Of a DNA stretch of 64,000 nt, positions 54,012 through 64,000 are shown in pieces. Position numbers and translations under genes: made by a program. The DNA is from Callorhinchus milii. Taxonomy: Eukaryota. Location of the stretch: NCBI RefSeq assembly GCF_018977255.1, contig NW_024704742.1, positions 86,368,001-86,432,000 on the forward strand, in the 5' to 3' direction. The notes beneath the pieces were generated by a model, which had not been told where the DNA came from, searched no databases, and saw nothing but the letters and a program-made list of their open reading frames with translations. The stretch's first letter is position 1. The number at the start of each line of letters is the position of its first letter.

Positions 54012-56001
54012 CTGAAAAATGAACAGCCACATAAATAGTTGTGTGCCACGTGGTCTTTACAGAATTGATTGACAACTGTTTGCATTTGATTTATTTTTTT
54101 ACAGGGTAAATCCTTCAACTATAGTTTATCTTAAAACCTCACACAATGTCTGATCTGCAGATTTGGCCAGCATATTCAAAGTGGCACATCTTCCCAGGAA
54201 GACAGACGGCAACAGAAATGAAAGAAAGAGACAGACAGACAGGCAGGTAGGCACACAGACAGGCTGGCAGTGAGAGGTAGAGATGTAGTGATGCACAAAG
54301 AGACAGACAGTCAAGCATCAATCTTGAGACTTCTTCAGTAGTCAATTAGAGAATGAAACTCGGACAAATCTTCAGGAAAGTAACGTCTACACATTCTTGG
54401 CCGGGGAAGAAATACAATTTGGGGTTAGGGGGGCGGTCACGTGAATTCAAGAAGAGAGGGAAGCTTGTTAACAGTACACAGAGAAACCACAGTCGTTCTG
54501 AAATAATCTATTTATTCACAGAATGTGGAAACTCCAGGCTGTCCAAAAAATGTAGTCAAACGTATTATGTGGCTGAGAGGATATGATATACTATTCACCC
54601 AGAAAAGGATTAATGTACAAGTTAGCACCAGCTAAGAAGACTGAAGTTTTTTTTTTAGCCCAGCCACGCAACTGAACATGTGAAAGAGGAGTTCAAATGC
54701 ATGAGGGTGAGATTTTCAGGGTATCCAAACTGATGGATTTCAAGCACATCTTGGAAAAGTCTTACAAATAAACCTTCACTGAATTTTGGATAGAATTTTT
54801 TTGGATTGTTCCCATCCAGACATCCCTAAGCAGCACATGCAAAACTCGTGCCATCAGAATTAGAAATTCTGAACTCTTGTTCTATTATCTGCTTTGCACA
54901 ACCTTCTCTTTTGCAAACTGACTTGAATATATATTAATAATTCTTGCAATTGATATAGTGCCTTATCACATTGTTGAGACATCTCAAAACGTTTCACAGA
55001 ATATATTGTAAAGTGAATTGATTGTGTATTTTGTGGGCGAAACACAGCAGCGTTTTATATACTGTAGTACCAGTGTCACCAGTGCGCAAAGAGAAAAATG
55101 GCCTTCAGGCCAGTGTTTCAAAAATGTAAGATTGAGTAGAATTTTGGAAAACTATCGGATTTGGACTTAATTTTGAAGCTGTTTTTCTTTAACGGTTATT
55201 TTTAAAATTTCGTGGAAAATTCAAAATGGATTTAAGAATTTTCCAAAATTTCATCTGGACTTAAATTTCAAGTCGTTGCTCTTTAGGAGGAATTTCAGGA
55301 TTTGAATGTGGAAACGATTAGACTTGACTGTGCTTCCCCACCCCTTCCCCTGGCCAAACAGCCTGCACCACTTACTGTGAAGTCTTACTGACCAATATTA
55401 ACTGACTCAGTCAGTAGCATTGTTGCCTCTGAGTCAAAGGATGTAGGTTGAAGCCTTGTTTTGAGACGTTGAAACCATATATTCTAGGCTGAAGCCCCAA
55501 AGCTGGAGAGAGCATTGCACTGTCAGAGGTGCATATCCAGATATTTCATACTAAACACTTAACAAAACAAGTAAGTATAGACAGGAAGTCTATACCACAT
55601 GGAGGTCAAGTTTATGTTTACAGCCAGAAGGGAGACATAGTATCACCAGTCAGTAGCTCAATACAAGACACCAGATGGCTTAACTCATGTACCAACTCTC
55701 ACTCCAGAAGATGAAAAAGTCATATTTTGTTAGCTAAGTATTTCTAGAATTTCTTCATGAACTGATAAGTTTAAAACCACACGTGGTTGTAAAACAAAGA
55801 AAACATGTACTGGAAAGGGTTGTTCCCTTCCCCTCAGCCCCTGGTTTAATTTTAAGGGGGTGGTGAAGTTATTTGATCTGAAATGCTATTTGTCTGAATT
55901 AGGTGGGACAGGAATGGAAAGGAATGGGATTTTATCACCAACAAGTTTCACACTCACAGCTCATGTCAACAATTTCTTACTGGGCTTAAATCTTTCCTTA
56001 C

Positions 56002-56255
56002 CTGAAAAGAGTGCGAGGCTTCAATGTCGACCTCCACTAAGCTCCAGCTGTCCACAGCCTGAGTCGCTCTCCAGATCTCTTCATAGTGTCCGCGCCTGTC
56101 TTTTGTGTACACCACGAATGAGTTGGAGCTCTTCTGTTCCAGTTGGTAATAGAAGGACAAACACCCAGACAGAACCGAGGTTGTCAACGGTGACACCAAT
56201 TGAGCCACTTCCTGTAAATTTGTGATGTAAACTGAGTCCACGTACATATAGTGAC
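56002..56255 (-). CDS. MAMDC2: MAMDC2 exon (GHYMYVDSVY...GCLSFYYQ...VEVDIEASHSFQ)
   Basis: MAM GxYMY and CLSFYY motifs; tttgcag acceptor, gtaagg donor; 254 nt. Confidence 0.93.
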
Positions 56256-59220
56256 CTGCAAAAGAATAGCTTGAGATAAAGCTGTGCCAAACACCATGTG
56301 GTTTGGAGATCAAGGCAATGCCATCTTCCGAAATTGTTTTTCTAAATCACAGAGAAGCAAGAAGCATGTTAAACAATTCTCAATTATTCTAATGAGGTTG
56401 AACAGACCCCATGTTAAATGTCTAATATTAAATATCCAGATAAAGGGTCTGATACCAAATACCCGGATATGCTGGTAGCAGCTCCACTCTGTCAGGACAG
56501 TGTTCTCAATGTCAAGGTCCTGATGTTAAGCTCTGCCTCTTAGCTCACAGACAGTGAATGTAATCGCAGCTTTACAATCATTCTCATATTTTTGATAAAA
56601 TGGCTTTAACATCAACAAGTCTCGAAGCTCTTTACAGAGTTATCTGGCTATGTGTCTGGAGGCAAACCATAAAACTGCAGGCCATGAGTAAATCCATGAG
56701 CTCTACGTCAGTGTTAAACTGCTCCTAGTACATCCCGGTAATTCCTTGTGTGCTCTTAAGGGATATCTTGGTTCAGAAATTATAATGCATTATTAGTACA
56801 TGAAGTATAAAGACCGTTGGTGTGTTTTCTGCGATGTTCATCACTGGTAAAATAAAAAACAATCCACACACACCATCTCTAGTTCCAGCACCTCTGCATC
56901 AATCCTGATGTATAACCACCAGGATCATGGCCCCTTTCACATTTTGTGTCCAGGCCTATTTCTTCCTCAGGAAATAAAATGGCCAATTTCCCTGGCTGTG
57001 AGTCTCCCAAGGCCAGAACGGTTTCTCACTAGCTCTGCACACAGTAACTCAATAGTGAAAAAACACAGAGAAGGAGGGGACTAGACAGCGACATTCCACC
57101 ATGCACTTGGCTCTTGCCAGCCTGCACCTAACACTGTATTTTCTGGGATGAAGTTAGCAGGGGTGCGTCCTGGTCGAATGAGAGCGCCTATTCCATTCCA
57201 GACAGAGGAACATTTGCATGCACTTGTGAAATTCTCAGTCTAGTTTGGATACTCATAAGCATAGTCATGGATTTTTGCATGTCAGACACAGAGCTGAATT
57301 AAAAAGTTAATTCAATTATGTAAATATTAGGATGACATCAAGGCCATGCAGGAAGCTTCATTAAAATTGTTTTGTAAGCTTGGCTGCCAAATAATGGTAG
57401 CAGAATCTCGAAAAGGCTCGTTGCCCTTATTTTCATAGTGTGACAGCACCAGTGTTCTCCCGGTGCATTTCACGACACAAGAACAGCAAAGGTAAGAGTG
57501 GAGGAACACACAACCTCACAAAAATAGGGAGCCACAGGCTGCGTAGACATTCCTAGGAAATAATAGCCTTGCACCAACACAAATCCATTGTATCGCAGAG
57601 TAATTCGGTAACCACTCAGGTACGTTTACTTAACAAGTGCTACAAGTTCACAATTATTTTGCAACACACCAGGATGTGGCAGATTATTGTGCTAAATTGG
57701 ATCATTGAAATCTTGCTCTGTATCTTGAGGCTTTCAGAGGGCATAAAGAGGTCCTGTCACTCCCGCGCCCCCCCCCCCCCCCACCCACCCTGCACCACCC
57801 CCCCGCTCCCGTGGCCCCCCACCCCCACCACCAGCTTTACTATTATGGGATCTGATGGCAGCTGAATACTACTTTGTAAGCAAATAGCATCTAAACCACA
57901 GAAATTTCCAACATTTCTTCCTCAGGGATCTGAGTTACAAATGGGGATTTCATCCTGGTAACCGGTCAATCTGACCTACAGGATTTCCACTCTGACACAA
58001 TCCTCTCGGAGTAAGTAATAATCCTTACAATTCATATGGAGCTTTTTAATGTTATGAGGGCGTCTCAAAGCATTTCACAGGATTTAGTGTAAAGTGCAGT
58101 GAACAGTTTGGCTTCTTTTCTGGCACAACAATGGCCCTGAAAGATGCTACACAAATCTAATTTTATTGTTGTTATTGTTGTTGGTCAGATCACCGGGAAA
58201 AACTCCTTTCTCTTTTAGAATAGTGTCATGAATCTGAACAGGCAGATCGGACCTCGGTTCAACATCTTAGCCAAAGGATGACAGCTCCAACAATGCAGAA
58301 CACGTCCAGCACTGTATTGGAGTGTCAGCCTCTAGACTATCTGAGTTCAAAGTCTGAAATCTTCTGACTTAGAAGTGAGACCACTGAGCCAGACAACTGA
58401 ATCTGCCTGCGCGTGATTTTTTTTGGTAACTGGAATAAATCCCTATTTGCAACTCAGAATCTTTATTAAGAAACACTCTTAGGAATAGCTACCATTTAGA
58501 CTCCAATACTGTAATTTTTATATTAGTGCCGCTTTGTTCAAATTTCTCAGAATCAGTCCTCTATTGTAATGTAATAACTAGGGAAATGAATCTTTTTATT
58601 GCCTTTGAGTGAGTCCCAATATTTCTGGCGTTAATCATAATAAATGTAAGATTTCTCTTATTACTGTATTACTTTTGTCCCATTGTATATTTGTGTACAA
58701 TTGGCCTTCTGAAGTTTATTTTAATATCACAGGATTTCACAAGATTCTTTGATTCATAAATCACTGGTAGACTGCACAGGCTGATGTTTCCAGTAAATAT
58801 TTACAAAGGCCCATAAACGTATTGGCTTTTCGTGGTTTTTAGCATTACTTTGTAGCCTTGTACGAGCCTTCCATCCAAGATGTGAACACTCCTTGTGGAG
58901 CCTTTAGTCTTACTGCAACTTCATCTAGGATACCTCCGTCACTGCCCTCATTGACGGCAAATCTAAAAACTTACCTCTTTGACCACGTTTTCACTCATCT
59001 TTCCACTCCCAACACCCCCCACTCATCTCCCACCCCCAGCTTCGTTGCTCGGCCAGCACTGTTAAATGCCTTAAGTCATCTTCCCGATGTGAAAGGCGCT
59101 ATATAAATGTCAACTGTATAACCTGGGCTCTCTGACGGCACATTATTGAAACAACTCCACAGCAATTGCTCAATGAAGTGGAGCTTCAGCATGTGTAAAA
59201 CATATGGCTAGGAGACATAC

Positions 59221-59358
59221 CCAGTTCATCGTCCAGTGTGTGATCAGCAGGCAGGTTTCTCGGTGAATCGCGGACTGTACCTCCACCCACCAGCCAGTTT
59301 AAATTTGGATTCCATCTGTTGTTGTAGCCACAAAAATGTTTGTCTTCAAAAGTGCACA
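59221..59358 (-). CDS. MAMDC2: MAMDC2 exon, start of MAM domain 2 (CTFEDKHFCGYNNRWNPNLNWLVGGG...DHTLDDELG)
   Basis: MAM CxFE..CG..W and DHT motifs; NRWNPNxNWxVGGG is characteristic of MAMDC2; canonical splice sites, 138 nt. Confidence 0.92.
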
Positions 59359-61069
59359 CTGTAAATGCAAGAGTTAGTAATATAGTAGAGCTCACTTTTA
59401 CATTTTGGATATCAAACCATCGTCTAAAACAGATCTAAAAGGTTTAGATTTCTGAAACATTTTGCTATTACTTTTTATTAAAGCGCACCATTTTCATGAA
59501 CACCTTTTTCTTCCCCACATGTTTACAAACTGTACTATAAATGTAAATGTAATAATCCTACATTTTCTAAATAATTGTTGCATTTGGTATAGCGCCTTAT
59601 CACACCAAAACATCGCAAAGCCAAACACAGCTGCCAATTTGCATTAAGCAATTTCCTACAAACAGCCATCCCGGGAATTATTGGGAAGGATACCAGTAGA
59701 ATCTCCCTTTTCTTTCAAATCGTATCATGAAATCTTTAACTTCCACTTCAACAGCAGATGGGACCTTGGTTTAATATCGCATCCTTTGACCTCAGGAATA
59801 TGCAGATAGAAGCATGCATTTTTTGTGTGTGTATGGTATTTCTGGTACTCCTGAGAGTTGATATGTTCCATAGACATTAATGTAAACTGTTTAGCCCTTT
59901 TTAACACAGCAAAATAAGTTAAAGCTAGGAACAGAGGAGGTGGTTTTCCTCCATTTTAGCTGCTTGTTTGTATTGTGACAAAGGGAAACTGGTCCAACAT
60001 TAAGTTCCATCAAATCCTTATCTCTCCAAATATTCACACATGTGCACTTGTGTGGTTTGAGTGTGTGTCATATGTGTGTGCACGTGTGTGTGATCATTGT
60101 TAATGGGGAGGGGTGGGATGGCCACGCTTTTTTTCTCTGTGAAGATTGAAGATTTCAGAAAAAAACTACTCTATTTTCTTAGTATTTCTGATTTTGAAAT
60201 GCTAAGAATTCCTAAATTCTGTCTCTGTTTTGAAGCTGGTTTTCTGTAAGGCAGAAGGCAGGTCAGAGAACCAGGTTCAGATTTATGTCTGAAGATAAGA
60301 ATTTGCCAAATTCTTCACGCTAATAAAATAGTGTAAGTCTAAACCCAGCCAGAATGTCTACCCTTGGACTGTACAGCTCAGGACCACACCACTCAATGCA
60401 TTATCTTACTTGGCCATCAGGAGGCACTGTTGAGGCTACACGGTGTTTCTTTTTACCCATGCTTGTGTGCACATGTGAACCAACTGAGCATGGTGTGATT
60501 TTATGATACATGGACAGCACACACTGCACACTGGTATTTTCTAGAAAATATTCTTTACATCTGAGGCTGGAGAGGAAGTACTGGTGGTTCTATTTAATCA
60601 TTGAAGGAAGAACATCAAAGCTGAGCCCAAGTTTGTCATCACCCGACACCCACACACAGCACATTGGAACAGTGAACAGGAATGTTCTGCTGGATTTATC
60701 CTGATTTATTTAACGCTGAGCCCTGGATGTTGAGGTCAAAAATCAACACAACACAAACATACACACAGAAAAGGGCTTGAACCTTGGAGCTTTCTAATCA
60801 ATGCAATTTAGGATATAATGCTACCCCTGTAACATAAATAAAAGTTGTTACTGTTGCCGTATGATGCATCTCTCCACAGAGTCATCAAAGCAGACACTTG
60901 TAAACGTTATTCATAAATAAATGAACGCTACAAACAAAACACAGGCCATAAGGATAGGATACAGGAGGACAACCTGAGCTTGTGGAATCACACCCCTCAC
61001 CAAGAAGAGACCAGATCAGGAACAGAAAGGGCAGAGATATGCCAGTCGGGAGCAAATTAGAAAAATAAT

Positions 61070-61210
61070 CAGTGGTGGCCAACTTATTTGATTGGCCAAC
61101 AAAATAAGTGTTTCTTCATTAAATATTTCTTGATTTATGGCATAAATCTATCCCATTTTGTTATTTATATGGTTATTTTGTTAGACAACCAAAAAGATTG
61201 GCCACCACTG
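61070..61210. mobile_element. 141-bp MITE with hAT-like terminal inverted repeats
   Basis: CAGTGGTGGCCAA...TTGGCCACCACTG perfect 13-bp TIR extending imperfectly to about 38 bp; no clear 8-bp TSD. Confidence 0.7.
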
Positions 61211-62073
61211 CGCTAAGTTTATAATTTTTACACACACAATTGTAATAAATGCAGCATATTGCTTTAACAGTAAACATTGTATGTATGCAGAGGCTTCGCT
61301 GAAGTGAATAGAAAAGGAGAATCCCAGAGGTTTGTAAGATGTGCAATATACTACCACATGAGGCAGTAGATATACAAGTTCCTTGGGATGATAAGAAAGA
61401 GATAGACAGTTGGGAAATAAGGATATGAAGGAAAACAATAATAGTCCTTGCATTTGATATGGCACTTTTCACATCATGACAGCATTGAAAAGTGCTTCAC
61501 AGAATTTACTGTAAAATGTACTCAATGTGTATTTTTTTTGGCAAATGCAGAAAAGGGAAATAAAATGGGCTGATAGATTCAGGGGAGTAAAGAGTAAGTA
61601 AAAAGATAATTTCTCTTCTCTCATGCACAATTTACATCATGCCAGATCTGCCAAGAACCAATAAAATTTCAAAGTGAGATTGATGGGCTGAATGGCCTGC
61701 TCCTGTTCCTATCATCCGAAATTTCTCCGCATTCCAGTGCTGTTTAAGAGGAAATTTTGGAACAAGACAAAAATAACTTTTTTACATCAATTTGAAAAGT
61801 TTGTAAATTGGAGGAGGAAGAAGAAAAACAAAAGGGAGCAGGGCTGGTAGTTGGAAGCACATTGGAAGTGTAGAAACATCTCACATCTGAAAGGTGAAGC
61901 CAGCTTTGATTTATTATTTGAGCTGAGTGACAGAAAATGTCCATGAGGGCAGAGAAATTACCCGTTTACTGATTCCTTATGAATCTCCTGTGCAACCACT
62001 ATACTAGGCTCGAACTGTGAACTCTGCACACGTGTAACAGTGGTCAGTGACCACCCGAATGAAACCAACTCAC

Positions 62074-62158
62074 CAATGCAAAATCCAGGAGTAATACTGA
62101 TCACGCTGACTGCAATGCTAGCCTCTGCATCCGGATTAATTATACCTTCCAGGACTAG
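62074..62158 (-). CDS. MAMDC2: MAMDC2 exon, end of MAM domain 1 (LVLEGIINPDAEASIAVSVISITPGFCI)
   Basis: Found by hand; ttatag acceptor, gtgagt donor, 85 nt, phase 0 to 1. Joins the next exon to give VCTFE. Confidence 0.82.
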
Positions 62159-62469
62159 CTATAAATAAAGAAAAATATAAAAATATTAATTTAGAAACCT
62201 GGAAATAAGAGCTTGGTGGGGTTTTGCAGTGGGAGGTTATCAGAGGAGGCCAGTAGCGGGAGCCAATGGGGGAGAATGGGGGGGGATGGGGTGGGGGGGA
62301 GGCAATCAGATGGGACCGGCAGTAGGAGAGGCTTGGATTGTCAGGGGGAGAGTTTCGGTTTGGTAGACCAATTGTGGGAACCTTCACTTGCAACAGATTC
62401 TGAGTTATTAAGTGACAATTGTGGATCTGAAATAACCAAAGAGTCATTAATTATGATAATCCTTGCATT

Positions 62470-63200
62470 TGATGTAGCGCCTCATACAGTGGCAGAATTA
62501 CCCCACTATTTCGGCTTGCTATTGATCTTTTGATACATCCCAACCTCTGGTTTGTTTTACTCACTGACACAGAGCATTGTTGGGAGAGCTTCAATTTATT
62601 GTCAATCAGGACCCCCAGGTTTATTTCATTTTCCATACATATTATTTTCCTTCCGTTCAAATAATAGTCCCTCCAGGATTTTTTTGTCCCCACTTTACAT
62701 TTCTCCACATTGAATTTTATTTGCCACCGATCTGCCCAATTCCCAAGTATGTTCAAATCCTCCTTGTTCAGCTTCACAATCTACCACTTTCATTAGCTTG
62801 GTGTCATCTGTAAACTTAGTCACTGTGCTTGCGACTCCTAGTTCCAGATCATTTATAAAAATATTAAACAAAAGAGTTCCTGAAACAGACCCTTGTGGAA
62901 CTCTCCTGTACCACCACCCTCTGGTTTCTTCCGGTTAATCAATTGCGTATCCATTGCAATATACCTCCACTGATTCCCGCTTTATTTACTTTCATTACTA
63001 GCCTCTCAAGAGAAACTGTATCAAGGGCTTTACTGAAATCCAGATATACAACATCCACAGCCTTAACCTTATCAAGCTCCCTTGTGACACCGTCAAAGAA
63101 AACCAGTAAATTAGATTAGCAAGACCTTCCCTTCATGAACCCATATTGGCTATCATTTATGATTTTATTTCTGTCCAGATTTTCCATGATTTTTCAGATG
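62470..63200 (-). mobile_element. CR1-clade LINE RT fragment
   Basis: GVPQGSV.G.LLFNIFINDL, KFTDDTKL and WADRWQIKFNVEKCKV are CR1 RT motifs. Confidence 0.88.
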
Positions 63201-63525
63201 TTCCAACAAATCTATACTTAAGTTTATCTTAGACTTTAAGGCAAATTTGTTTTACAGGCTATCACTACATAGAATTTCATTTTCAGAGTTATGCACAGTG
63301 CTATTAACTCAGTAGCATTAAAATTTTTGATAGTCTGACAGGGCTTTTCAAGAGTTTCTAATAATAATCCTTGCATTTGCATGATAATAATAATAATAAT
63401 AATCCTTGCATTTGATATAGCGCTTTTCACGTCGGGAGGACGTCCCAAAGCGCTTCACAGAATAAACTTTAAAGTGAGTTGACTGTATATTTGTGGGCGA
63501 ACGCGGCAGCCAATTGCGCACAGCA

Positions 63526-64000
63526 AAACAACAACAACAACAACAACAAGATTCCATTTATAAAGCGCCTTTCACGTCAGGAGGACGTCCCAAGGCGCTG
63601 CACAGTTGGGTCATGACCCGAGCAGGGGAGAAATGGTCAGGGTGAGGGGAGGGAAGGGAGGGAGCAAGGAGGGGGGAAATGGTCAGGGTGAGGGGAGGGA
63701 AGGGAGGGAGCGAGGAGGGGAAGAGAGTCGAGAGGGGAGCTGAAGGCTCGGTCAAAGAGAAAGGTTTTGAGACCGGCCTTGAAGGAGGAAAGGGAGGAAG
63801 CAAGGCGAAGGCACTGGGGGATGGAGTTCCAGAGCCTGGGGCTGAGAGGCTGAAGGCCCGACCACCGATGGTAGGGCGGTTGGGGCGGGGGACGTGGAGC
63901 AGACCGGAGCCAGAGGAACGGAGGGTACGGGCAGGTAGGTAGGGGGATAGTAGGTTGGAGAGGTAGGAGGGAGCAAGGCCGTGAATGGCCTTGTAGGTGA
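63526..64000 (-). mobile_element. 3' end of a young L2 LINE abutting or interrupting a SINE (SINE 3' part about 63360-63525)
   Basis: Same 3' UTR and tail as the 39177 copy; the SINE sequence stops abruptly at the L2 tail. Confidence 0.9.

Overview
Eukaryotic, repeat-rich vertebrate DNA. The L2 LINE / tRNA-Deu-SINE / CR1 repeat content suggests a cartilaginous fish, probably a chimaera such as Callorhinchus (inference). Two spliced genes lie in tandem on the minus strand. MAMDC2 has ten phase-consistent internal coding exons (62158 down to 37747); its 5' exons lie beyond the window and its last exon is unresolved. SMC5 has a CpG-rich promoter and exons 1-5 (16925 down to 234) and continues beyond position 1. 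Most remaining sequence is L2 copies (one near full-length), SINEs sharing the L2 3' tail, CR1 and Penelope-like fragments, MITE-like palindromes and minisatellites. Top finding: an intronless, frameshifted WEE2-type kinase retrocopy inside a MAMDC2 intron, fused to a headless SINE tail, with the whole composite bracketed by a 7-bp direct repeat. This suggests a host mRNA was retroposed by L2 machinery using a SINE-derived 3' tail. Other findings: a Helitron-like insertion with a reconstructable A|T empty site, a SINE that supplies most of an SMC5 splice donor, and a ~310-bp branched palindrome. Gene and repeat identities rest on recalled family motifs, not database searches, and repeat boundaries are approximate.
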